This document shows positions 1 to 8,774 of a stretch of DNA of 64,000 nucleotides, piece by piece; the stretch's first letter is position 1, and each line of letters starts with the position of its first letter. Both the position numbers and the translations under genes were made by a program. A model generated the notes under the pieces. The model ran no database searches, was not told where the DNA came from, and saw only the letters and a list, made by a program, of their open reading frames with translations. The DNA is taken from the NCBI GenBank assembly GCA_004524445.1, contig SDNP01000013.1, positions 12,326-76,325 of the forward strand, in the 5' to 3' direction. The stretch is from Candidatus Thorarchaeota archaeon. Its GTDB lineage: Archaea > Asgardarchaeota > Thorarchaeia > Thorarchaeales > Thorarchaeaceae.

Positions 1-26
1 CCTAGGTTGGGGAGAAACCCATAAAA

Positions 27-365
27 TTATGAGAAAATCACTTCTTCCCTGATTTTTGTGCGCATTTTGGACATTTTTGAAAAGAAATGAGCATAGGCCT
101 TTGCTACCTTGTCTCTTTTATTATTGAGCAGCCAATCAAGTGATGAATAGTCGGGTACCCAAAAGACCCACATCGAATCCATATCTCCGCCTATACCGTC
201 AGTCGCTGCGAAAATCCCATGTATCCAATCCGCCTCTTGGACAGCCTCATGAAGCTCGACTGCGGCATGAACTTGGTCTGGCTCTGTGTCACTAGTTGCC
301 GGCCAACTAAATTCTACAATGAGATACAATCCGGGTGTCTGTTTATCGCATGTCATTCGTGTCAC
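27..365 (-). CDS. Hypothetical protein, possibly dimeric alpha/beta-barrel-like
   Basis: 112-aa ORF with protein-like composition; no recognised motif. Confidence 0.55.
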   Translation of the reverse strand: MTRMTCDKQTPGLYLIVEFSWPATSDTEPDQVHAAVELHEAVQEADWIHGIFAATDGIGGDMDSMWVFWVPDYSSLDWLLNNKRDKVAKAYAHFFSKMSKMRTKIREEVIFS

Positions 366-513
366 CTGTTCTGCTTGCAGTTCACTTTATGCCATGTTCC
401 CGAAAGAGATAAGGTAGCTACTTTCCTCACAGTTGATAGGTCCTATGGTTTATTTGTTCAAAATACTAATACTATAATGAAGCCATAATTGGATATAGGT
501 CATGGGATGAATA

Positions 514-753
514 ATGATACTTTTGTACGGCATCATTGGTGCCATAATTTTTTTCATTCTTCTTTATCTTTACAGTACTACTTTGAGGAGCAGACACAGC
601 ACAAAGGGTGTTCTGGAGGAAAGCGACCCGCAAGATCATGTAGTAATGTTCACCCCTGAGAGGTATCATGGCGGTAAAACCGGCCCCTCAGACAACAAGT
701 GGGTGGCACTAGGCGGAAAAGACCTCGGTTCCATCTATGACGATGATGATTAG
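514..753 (+). CDS. Small single-pass membrane protein
   Basis: N-terminal hydrophobic helix followed by a polar/acidic tail. Confidence 0.55.
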   Translation: MILLYGIIGAIIFFILLYLYSTTLRSRHSTKGVLEESDPQDHVVMFTPERYHGGKTGPSDNKWVALGGKDLGSIYDDDD

Positions 754-819
754 CTCAAATATCGGTAGTCATGTCGAAGGAGTATTATTCAGTCACTAGC
801 ACCAGAAATACGATGGCAA

Positions 820-1017
820 ATGGCACAAGAAGCCTCCCCTAAGAATGTTTCAGAGGAGTATCGTAGAATCATTCTTCTCTTTTTGCTATTTTTGCTGGTG
901 TCCCCTGGTGCTTTCATAATATTCATTGGCCCAGAAAACTTAGCTCCTGTCATCCTCCTTCTCTCAGTTCCCTTATCACTATCAATCGTGTATTGGATAG
1001 TGAGAAGGAATAGGTGA
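820..1017 (+). CDS. Small two-TM membrane protein
   Basis: Two hydrophobic segments flanked by basic residues. Confidence 0.55.
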   Translation: MAQEASPKNVSEEYRRIILLFLLFLLVSPGAFIIFIGPENLAPVILLLSVPLSLSIVYWIVRRNR

Positions 1018-1085
1018 TGGCTCCAGCAATCGGCAATCATAAAGCAATATCTGGAAAAATGCACCAACGAGGTCTGTGTTCACTA

Positions 1086-1511
1086 ATGATTGATGAAGGG
1101 GAAAAGGGGCATGATGAATCCGGCTTGAATAAACGGTCAAGATGCTGTCGGTGGACTGTCTTTGGAGTAATTGGAGTATTAGCTATTATTACGCTCTTCT
1201 TAACATTCCTGTATTCCCCATTCGAAACAATTGTTCCCTTCTCCTTACTAGCTATCCCAATAGTTGTTTTCCTGGTGTATGTTGCATATCGGTGGGCATC
1301 TGGTAGCTCTGTATCAGGTTATAACAGCGGACAGGATGAAAGAATTCTCGAGAGCATGAGAAAGCATGCTCTTCGTGCAGAGAGAGTTGGTGATTTCGAA
1401 ATGTACAGGTGCCCAGGCTGTCAAATCTCTTTTGAAATTGTTAATGCACTGCCAATTGAAGATGATACGGTGCTTTGCCCGCATTGTGGGACCCGCCTGT
1501 TAGTAGGATAA
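1086..1511 (+). CDS. Two-TM membrane protein with C-terminal zinc ribbon
   Basis: Two TM helices, then CPGC...CPHC; start uncertain (ORF open from 1014). Confidence 0.65.
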   Translation: MIDEGEKGHDESGLNKRSRCCRWTVFGVIGVLAIITLFLTFLYSPFETIVPFSLLAIPIVVFLVYVAYRWASGSSVSGYNSGQDERILESMRKHALRAERVGDFEMYRCPGCQISFEIVNALPIEDDTVLCPHCGTRLLVG

Positions 1512-1576
1512 CATATCCTACTACAACAAAAAAATCTGCGGGGCCTTGAGTTCATGTAGTTTGGGCTCTTACCATA

Positions 1577-1613
1577 AAAAAGAGAGTGTGGAGGTGGCTC
1601 AAATGAGGCCACC
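1577..1613 (-). terminator. Probable hairpin + U-tract terminator of the BON gene
   Basis: GGTGGCCTC-ATTT-GAGCCACC followed by CTCTCTTTTTT on the minus strand. Confidence 0.45.
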
Positions 1614-1630
1614 GTCTGCTGAGTTGTTGT

Positions 1631-2293
1631 CTACTCTATCTTGAGACTATCCTCGATTTCAATGACGCCTGCAGTGAATTCAGCTGCATTGATAGCAGCT
1701 CGATATGCAGACCAGCTGGGAACCGTGCCCGTTAGGGTCACTTCACCATTCTTGACTCTAACATCGACATCGTCAACATCAACATTGAGATTTCGATCTA
1801 ATGCCGAGGTGATGTCCTCTGCAATTGCTTTATCGACAATACTCTCTGTCGGAACTACAGCAAGCTCATTCTGAATCTTTATGACTCCGTCAACATCGCT
1901 TGCCAGTTGTTTAGCACGAATTTTCTTCCAATATGCATCAACAGTTCCTTCTAACTGAACAAATCCAGCATCAACTTTAGTATGCACATCTGTTGAGTCT
2001 ATGTACGTATTCCATAGGAGTCGGTTGTCGATTTTCGTTTGAACTGTGTCATCTGTCGGTACCTTGTACGTCGTGGGAAATTCGACTTCAATTTCGTTTT
2101 CCACAGCGCTTACACCGTCAATAGTCCAGGCATCAAGGACTGCATCTTCTCGCGCCCTGTAGCTGGGCACATTGCCGGATAGTTTCACAGTACTGCCATG
2201 CACTTCGACACTTATGTCAGAAGCATCAACACGGTCGTCCCAATAGAGTTGGTCAACAACGCGTTTCTTGAGTGATTCTTCTGTCCTGGTCAT
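1631..2293 (-). CDS. BON-domain (OsmY-like) protein, three BON repeats
   Basis: Three repeats of the I-x-V-x-V...G-x-V-x-L-x-G-x-V...A...GV..V.N.L pattern. Confidence 0.9.
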   Translation of the reverse strand: MTRTEESLKKRVVDQLYWDDRVDASDISVEVHGSTVKLSGNVPSYRAREDAVLDAWTIDGVSAVENEIEVEFPTTYKVPTDDTVQTKIDNRLLWNTYIDSTDVHTKVDAGFVQLEGTVDAYWKKIRAKQLASDVDGVIKIQNELAVVPTESIVDKAIAEDITSALDRNLNVDVDDVDVRVKNGEVTLTGTVPSWSAYRAAINAAEFTAGVIEIEDSLKIE

Positions 2294-2502
2294 CTTGAAA
2301 ACCTTCAGGCAAGGAATCTCCTTGCACTAATGCTACATTATATACCCAACTTTTAAGAATTTGCATAATATGCACCAATAAAATGTATAAATAGTGCAAA
2401 AAATAAAACGCATCCTAAATCGAATGTTGTCATGTACTGGAGTTCACCTTTCATATTATACATAAACACAGTCACGCTATCACTACACAGAGGATAATTG
2501 AG

Positions 2503-3672
2503 ATGTCACAAACGAAAGTTATGGACATATACACGCAAGACTATGCATCGGTAAACGAAACTGATAATCTATCCAAGTGCATCAATCTCTTTGAGGAAAA
2601 ACGAGTACCAGCTCTTGCTGTAAGAGGTGCAAATGGAAAGATTGTTGGAATGCTGAGTAGGAGATGGATACGGCGTTCAGCTCTTGACCCCTCATCGACC
2701 AAGGTCAAGACACTTACTCGTTCTCCACCAACAGTTGGAATTCATGACAACATCACGGAGGCAGCTCGATTGATGATTGAGAACCAAGTAATGAGGCTGC
2801 CAGTGTATGATGGTGAGAAACTGAAGGGCTTTGTGACAGATGAAGACATATTCAATCATCTCGCGCAACAAGACTGGGGTAAAGCTCCAATTGACAAAGT
2901 AATGACTCGGGATCCTGAAACTGTTAACCATGATGATTCGGTAGCAAAAGTAATGACTCTATTTCGCGAGAATGGTTTTTCTCATGCACCTATTCTCAAA
3001 GACGGGCTTCTTGAGGGAGTTGTGAGTATTCAAGACGTAATTGATGTGGCGTATGGCCCACGAAAGAGACAAAGTCGTGGTGAGCGGGCTGGAGAGAAGA
3101 TTGATCTATCAGGCATGTCAATTTCAAGCGTTTGGTCAACTCCCGTAGTAGAGGCTGAACGAAACGAAAAGCTAGCCAATGCTTGGAAAAGAATGAAACA
3201 GAACGACGTTTCGTGTCTAATCATAGCTGAAAATCGAATTCCCATCGGGATTATAACGAAAAAAGACCTGTTGGAGCCCATTGCACAAGAGTCAATGGAG
3301 TCTCGTCAGATGACTCTCCAGTTCTCGGTCAAACCTGATATCAAGATATCAGAGGGGGCACGCCAAGCAATACTCAAGGATTTTGACTCCTTTATTCGAA
3401 AATACAAGAAACACCTAGGATTGGGCAAGCTCTTTGTCTACATGAAGGGTCATGGATCCATGAAGAAGGGAGACCAACTTATTCACTGCAGGCTTCAATT
3501 CCATACAAGTGCTGCACAATTCTATAGCAAAGCAGAAGCTTGGAGTGCTGAAGAGGCATTCTCATTGGCGCTAGACAGACTTGAGCGCAGAGTGATTCAG
3601 AGCAAAGAGATGAAACTGGATCCAAAGCAACGGTGGAAGCATTTCGACCGTTTCATGGAATCGGAACTCTAG
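2503..3672 (+). CDS. 4xCBS + C-terminal HPF/RaiA-like domain protein (candidate ribosome hibernation factor, Hib type)
   Basis: Four CBS repeats; C-terminal IHCRLQF...FYSKAEAWSAEEAFSLALDRLERRV matches the HPF/RaiA pattern. Confidence 0.8.
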   Translation: MSQTKVMDIYTQDYASVNETDNLSKCINLFEEKRVPALAVRGANGKIVGMLSRRWIRRSALDPSSTKVKTLTRSPPTVGIHDNITEAARLMIENQVMRLPVYDGEKLKGFVTDEDIFNHLAQQDWGKAPIDKVMTRDPETVNHDDSVAKVMTLFRENGFSHAPILKDGLLEGVVSIQDVIDVAYGPRKRQSRGERAGEKIDLSGMSISSVWSTPVVEAERNEKLANAWKRMKQNDVSCLIIAENRIPIGIITKKDLLEPIAQESMESRQMTLQFSVKPDIKISEGARQAILKDFDSFIRKYKKHLGLGKLFVYMKGHGSMKKGDQLIHCRLQFHTSAAQFYSKAEAWSAEEAFSLALDRLERRVIQSKEMKLDPKQRWKHFDRFMESEL

Positions 3673-3710
3673 GTCCACTGATGCTTGCTCACCAATTGTA
3701 TTGTGTAAAA

Positions 3711-3861
3711 TGGCGCTGAGGGAGGGATTTTCCCGCCCATTGGAAGTCAATGAGGCTTTCGAACCCTCGCGCGCTCACGGCGCACCAGCTGTCAGCCAGC
3801 CCAATCTATCGGCGCAGAGCTGATAGCAGGCTGGCTCCATACCAGGCTAGGAGACCTCAGC
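3711..3861 (-). tRNA. tRNA-Ser(GCT) with two introns (37/38 at ~3791-3823; T-loop ~59/60 at ~3728-3757), CCA encoded
   Basis: Reverse complement folds: acceptor GCTGAGG/CCTCAGC, anticodon stem CCAGC/GCTGG, long variable arm, T-stem GAGGG/CCCTC, G73-CCA. Confidence 0.92.
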
Positions 3862-3989
3862 TCGAATCAGAGCGGTCAATACTAGTCACTTAAACATTAT
3901 CGTCTGAAACTAGATATTCTCGGTTAAGCTTATAATTGGGCAGAGATTTGATATCGGAAAAAGTCCTACTATTGTATCGGTGGCGAACG

Positions 3990-4682
3990 ATGAGCGACTT
4001 AACAACGGAGAGTGTTGTAAAACGATACTTGGCCTTTGCAGTGGCTTACTGTGCAACAACAGCAATCCTACTGCTGGGCCCTGTCTTCATACTAGAGGAT
4101 AGACTAGTCGCGTTGATTTACTATCAGATGGGTGGATACGATATTCTAATACTATACCTGCTGGTCCTTCCATTCCTCACATTGTTTGCATCGAATTTCT
4201 ATTCATTTGGCATGGAATTCGGAACCATCACCGAGAATAAATCCCGTGTTCTGTTAGGCATCATCATTAGTGTGGTTGTGGCCTCAGCAGAAATCTTCTT
4301 GGCCATCTGGGTAAACAATTCAATTCAAAGCGCTTATTGGGAGTCCATGACATATGTTGTGACGGGCGCTCTCCTCATTCTAACCCTAATCATGGCCCAT
4401 ACATTAGTCACTGTGATGGCATTCACGGATACACCTCGGAGAACAGCAAAGCGGATAGTGTCTGACCCCACTTTCTGGTTTGCCTTCCCTATCATTCTTG
4501 GTCTCTTGTTGCTATCTCTCTATCCGGTCTTTGAAGCACAAACACTAGAAGGTCTTCTCCCTCAACCGTTCCAAGATGATTTCTGCCGGTCTATAGTGGA
4601 GCTCTTCCTTGTCATTCCCACCTGTTTCTTGATTCCTGCATTACCATGGATTATGCAACAAGCAGCTGCCCATGAAATATAA
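3990..4682 (+). CDS. Multi-pass membrane protein of unknown function
   Basis: About 6 hydrophobic helices; ATG at 3990 preferred over TTG at 3936. Confidence 0.7.
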   Translation: MSDLTTESVVKRYLAFAVAYCATTAILLLGPVFILEDRLVALIYYQMGGYDILILYLLVLPFLTLFASNFYSFGMEFGTITENKSRVLLGIIISVVVASAEIFLAIWVNNSIQSAYWESMTYVVTGALLILTLIMAHTLVTVMAFTDTPRRTAKRIVSDPTFWFAFPIILGLLLLSLYPVFEAQTLEGLLPQPFQDDFCRSIVELFLVIPTCFLIPALPWIMQQAAAHEI

Positions 4683-4702
4683 GGCTCTGAATGAAAAGGA
4701 GG

Positions 4703-5017
4703 TGCGGCAGATCCACCTCATCGTATGTCGGTAGGCGCTGGACTGAACAGTGCGGTTCTCAGAGCAGCTACCTCCGGGGCTCCACAACCCCTCGTTAGTG
4801 CTGTTCCCGCCAGGACCTGACACGGTTCCGAGGATTAAGCTACTCACAGCAATCCTACGATTACTGCTGTAGCAGAAGCGGACTCCAGAGACCGCTCATC
4901 AACGTCCCGCAGCTGGGTCCAACGGTTTCCCGGTTCATTCTCAGTGGTGGTTACTGGCTCCGGCTATTGCCATACCGGTTACAGGTCGCGGCAAACGACC
5001 CAGCCCTACCTGCCGCA
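4703..5017 (-). ncRNA. ffs: Archaeal SRP (7S) RNA
   Basis: Terminal helix GCGGCAG/CTGCCGC, ~315 nt, helix-8 motif GTGTCAGGTCC-TGGC-GGGAACAGCAC. Confidence 0.88.
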
Positions 5018-5074
5018 GTTCAAGTTCAAGGCTGATAGCCCTAAAAACATTATCAATTGGATACAAACGGAGGC

Positions 5075-6856
5075 TTAAACAAAGGCGCCTGCATCACGCC
5101 TTATCCTGACAATCTCTTCTAGTACTTCAAGTTCTGATGGTGTCAAGTCCTCTTTGAATTTTTTACGTATTGCAAGGATGTGCTTGTCTGGCATGAATGT
5201 ATAGAGCACTTCGTCGCTCTTGACCTGACGCCCAATTGTAGGTCCTCTTATTGAAACAGCGACCTCCATACCTTCAGTGGCCTCATCTATGTTAACACTG
5301 CGATCTTGAATCTGATTGATTATGCCGACTCTTTTTCCCTCACTATTCATCAGAGCTACTTTGGGACGTATAACGCCATGAACTTTGACTCCCACAATTG
5401 CAGGTTTACTCTGTCTGAATACATAATCCGGGATTAATTCAATCTTACCTGGCCTGATAATGGAGCCTAATGACTCCGCCTTCGCTTGCTCTCTCTTGAC
5501 AATGAGCCATGCATTGTAGTCATCATAGAGTCGGTAAATGACATCGCTTAGAAAGACCTCAACACCATATTCTGCAGCCAGTTCTTCAATGTCTGGTGCG
5601 AATTTGACATTAAACCCTAGGACTACTGCATTTAATGGGTCTGTGTCCCCTGCTGCACTTGCCTCGATGATGTCCCTCTTTATAATGGGTCCAACATCAG
5701 CTAATCTAACCGGTACGTTCCGTTCTTGTAGGAATGTAGAAACCGCCTCCAAAGACCCAAGTGTATCCGTCTTCAATACGACTCCAGACTTGTCAGTTTC
5801 TATCCTGATTGAGCTTACCTCATCCCGAATCTTTTGTTTCATTGGTTCTAGATTCTCTTTGTCCCAGACAGCATAGACTGGCGCCCCTGCAACAGCCCCC
5901 TCTAAATCTGGTGCCACAATCTTGACACCTGCTGCAGCATGTACCTCTGACACGTTTGTGAACCGTTCTCTAGGGTCGCGAATTTCATCGAGTTCTCTGG
6001 GCTGCAAGAGAGCCCTAATCTTAGCCACCACAACATCTTCGAGTCCTCCAACTACAATCGTGTCATTTTTACGAAGAACCCCATCATAGACAATCGTGTC
6101 CAATGTAAGCCCCAGTCCTGTTTCTTCACGTACTTCAAGAATGGCGCCCTTTGCAGGACCTGATGTGACCTGTAACCGCTCTTTCAAGAACTGCTGAGTA
6201 AGACCAGATAATACCATTAGAAGCTCGGGGATCCCATCTCCCGTTATGGCGCTTGTTGGAACAATCGCCACGTTCTTTCTGAAATCTCTTACTCGATCAA
6301 ATCTTTCCGACATAATGTCGTTTGCTGAGAGTGCCCCCACAATCTCGTATATTCTCTTATCAATCTCACTCTGAACAGTCTTTGATTGTGCCTTCATTGC
6401 CTGTGCAAGGGCGAGATTTGGTTTAGGATTCCACCCCGGAATCTTGTCTAGCTTATTGGCAGCTATAAGAAAGGGGGTCTTCCCAGACCGGAGGATTTTG
6501 AGAGACTCGTAGGTTTGAGTAAGTGGCCCCTCCGTAATGTCAACAACTAGGATTGCTATGTCTGCGATTGCTCCTCCCCGTCGTCGAAGATTTAAGTATG
6601 CCTCGTGACCTGGCGTGTCTATAAAGAGCAAACCGTCAATTGTAAGTTCTCTCGCCAAATTTTTCAATAAGCCTCCACAAATTGACTTGATGGTATCTGT
6701 AGGGAAAAATGAGGCGCCAATATGCTGAGTAATTCCAGCAGCTTCACGACTTTGTACTCCTGTACCACGCATTTTGTCCAGTAACGATGTCTTGCCGTGG
6801 TCAATATGACCTAGTACAGTAACTATAGGCGAACGCAATTTGGTGTTCTCTGTCAA
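5075..6856 (-). CDS. infB: Translation initiation factor aIF5B/IF-2
   Basis: LRSPIVTVLGHIDHGKT, AGITQHIGA, DTPGHEAY, NKLD; probable TTG start after a GAGGTG SD. Confidence 0.97.
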   Translation of the reverse strand: MTENTKLRSPIVTVLGHIDHGKTSLLDKMRGTGVQSREAAGITQHIGASFFPTDTIKSICGGLLKNLARELTIDGLLFIDTPGHEAYLNLRRRGGAIADIAILVVDITEGPLTQTYESLKILRSGKTPFLIAANKLDKIPGWNPKPNLALAQAMKAQSKTVQSEIDKRIYEIVGALSANDIMSERFDRVRDFRKNVAIVPTSAITGDGIPELLMVLSGLTQQFLKERLQVTSGPAKGAILEVREETGLGLTLDTIVYDGVLRKNDTIVVGGLEDVVVAKIRALLQPRELDEIRDPRERFTNVSEVHAAAGVKIVAPDLEGAVAGAPVYAVWDKENLEPMKQKIRDEVSSIRIETDKSGVVLKTDTLGSLEAVSTFLQERNVPVRLADVGPIIKRDIIEASAAGDTDPLNAVVLGFNVKFAPDIEELAAEYGVEVFLSDVIYRLYDDYNAWLIVKREQAKAESLGSIIRPGKIELIPDYVFRQSKPAIVGVKVHGVIRPKVALMNSEGKRVGIINQIQDRSVNIDEATEGMEVAVSIRGPTIGRQVKSDEVLYTFMPDKHILAIRKKFKEDLTPSELEVLEEIVRIRRDAGAFV

Positions 6857-7047
6857 TTCTCGGCACCTCACAGAAGACTATTTTCGCTGAAAAATCCTAA
6901 TCTTATGAAACTGTCGTTTGTGTAATCTCTTTCAACAAGAAAAATACATTGTCATAACGCTAAAATAAAAACAGGGTGGCTGGCTGAATTGAAGCCAAAC
7001 ATACTTTGTTCGAAGGCATTGCAAATAGAAACTATTGGTGACATAAA

Positions 7048-7704
7048 TTGGAACGATCTTTAGTAATCATAAAACCCGACGCAACAGTTCGAAGGAGAAT
7101 AGGAGCTCTTGTTATCAAAGCTCTCATGGACCGTGATTTGAAGGTAGTAGCATTCAAAGAGATGAATGTCCCTGACTCTCTGGCGAAATTGCATTATGAC
7201 GTCCATAAAGACAAGCCTTTCTTTCCTTGGCTTATTGATTTCATATCATCTGCTCCCGTTATTACAATGATTCTCGAGGGAGAAAATGCAATCGAAGATA
7301 TTCGAGATGCATTGGGAGCCACATTCGTACAAAAAGCGGATTCCTCCTCATTGAGAGGAAAGTATGGTGTTTGGGCGGGAATTAATATTGCTCACGCATC
7401 AGATGCGCCCGATACTGCTACCAAAGAGATTATGCTTTGGAAAGAGGAGGGAGGACTTGAAGAAACCGACGACGCTCAAGAAATGGCACTTGATTATATC
7501 AGGAAATATAGCGCCAATAAGCGTGATTACACATCGGAAATTCGAAACACCGTCAATACTGCAATTGAAAGAGAGGACACCTCGGAAGATGTTTTACAGA
7601 GGCTAATCGATCTATTAAGCAAAGATGCCGAAGACATCACAGAAGAGGAAATCAACAATCTAGCAAGGGTAGTGTTTGATTACATCAAAGAAGAAGTTGA
7701 ATAA
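7048..7704 (+). CDS. ndk: Nucleoside-diphosphate kinase with ~85-aa C-terminal extension
   Basis: ERSLVIIKPD, HYDVHKDKPFF, SLRGKYG, NIAHASD. Confidence 0.93.
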   Translation: MERSLVIIKPDATVRRRIGALVIKALMDRDLKVVAFKEMNVPDSLAKLHYDVHKDKPFFPWLIDFISSAPVITMILEGENAIEDIRDALGATFVQKADSSSLRGKYGVWAGINIAHASDAPDTATKEIMLWKEEGGLEETDDAQEMALDYIRKYSANKRDYTSEIRNTVNTAIEREDTSEDVLQRLIDLLSKDAEDITEEEINNLARVVFDYIKEEVE

Positions 7705-7836
7705 TAGATGAAGCAGCAGGTTGGTCCCTTTAAGAGCAACCCTTGCTTTCCATCTAATGAAGATAAGAATTCATTGAAATTGGGTCTGTTTCATGTGCTT
7801 TTGTAGGGGTTGGAATGGACTGCCATCCAGATGAGC

Positions 7837-8025
7837 TTAGCTACCTTTCTCGAAATTTTCTGTCCATTTTGTATCTCGAGGCTTCATCCGGCGTTTCAAC
7901 ATGGCGGTTTTACATTTGTTAGAACAGAACCACTGCATTGTCCCATCCTTAGTACGGACAAAAGCGATACCCGTTCCTGGTTCGATGTCTTTTCCACAGA
8001 AATCGCATTTTTGGGTTCCGACCAC
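7837..8025 (-). CDS. rpl24e: 50S ribosomal protein L24e
   Basis: CDFCGKDIEPGTG...FCSNKC...KWT. Confidence 0.96.
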   Translation of the reverse strand: MVGTQKCDFCGKDIEPGTGIAFVRTKDGTMQWFCSNKCKTAMLKRRMKPRDTKWTENFEKGS

Positions 8026-8027
8026 TT

Positions 8028-8249
8028 CTAGCGCCTCCTCATCTTACGTGCTTCTCGTTCTGTTTCACGAAGGATGAGTATGTCTCCTTGTCGGATGGGC
8101 CCTTTCACATTGCGAGTCAAGACTCGCCCTTTATCGCGCCCTTCCAGGATTTTGACTCTAACCTGCGTAATCTCACCAGTAACTCCAGTTCTTCCCAGGA
8201 GCTGAATCACTTCAGCGGGGATTGCAGGTGTTGTGTCTGTATCACTCAT
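8028..8249 (-). CDS. rps28e: 30S ribosomal protein S28e
   Basis: [14 protein letters not shown]...[23 protein letters not shown]. Confidence 0.97.
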   Translation of the reverse strand: MSDTDTTPAIPAEVIQLLGRTGVTGEITQVRVKILEGRDKGRVLTRNVKGPIRQGDILILRETEREARKMRRR

Positions 8250-8268
8250 GGTTCTACTTCACCCGATA

Positions 8269-8640
8269 CTATTTCCTAAGTCCTGTAATTTTGTCGACGA
8301 CATCCTCTACAAGGTCTTTGGCTTTTCCTTCAACAACAATTGAAACTGCAGCAGTTGGCCTCTCAATGCCTACTGCGCCGCCCAAATCCTGTTTGCTGGG
8401 CACATAGATGTAAGGTGCTTTCTTATCATCACATAATCCAGGCAGGAACATTGTTATCTCGGGGGGGTCTACATCCTCAGCTATCACAACGATTTTGGCA
8501 TTACCTCTTTCAATGCTCTTTGTTGTCTCGTTAATCCCTTTCTTGACTCTGCCAGTATCTTTGGCAATTTCTAGGGCTTGGAGTGCTTTCTTTTGAAGCT
8601 CCTCGGGAGCTTCCCATTCTACAAAACTTGGTTTTGGCAT
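8269..8640 (-). CDS. rpl7ae: 50S ribosomal protein L7Ae
   Basis: KKGINETTKSIERG, IAEDVDPPEI, YVPSKQDLG. Confidence 0.97.
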   Translation of the reverse strand: MPKPSFVEWEAPEELQKKALQALEIAKDTGRVKKGINETTKSIERGNAKIVVIAEDVDPPEITMFLPGLCDDKKAPYIYVPSKQDLGGAVGIERPTAAVSIVVEGKAKDLVEDVVDKITGLRK

Positions 8641-8647
8641 CACTGTC

Positions 8648-8672
8648 TACCTCAGTTTCTACTTCATTGGTA
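8648..8672 (-). promoter_or_regulatory. K-turn in the rpl7ae 5' UTR overlapping the SD
   Basis: UACC-AAU-GA-AGU-AGAA-ACU-GA-GGUA: C-stem, 3-nt bulge, tandem G.A/A.G pairs. Confidence 0.75.
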
Positions 8673-8774
8673 CTCAGCATTTACCTGAATACGAACTTGT
8701 CGCAACCATGGGGTTGCGTCCTTTTGCGCCTAGTCTAGAATTCTTTTAAAACTGTCGAACTGACAGAATGAATC

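Noticed and set aside
4641-4847. 68-aa minus-strand ORF
   Set aside because: Lies within the SRP RNA gene.
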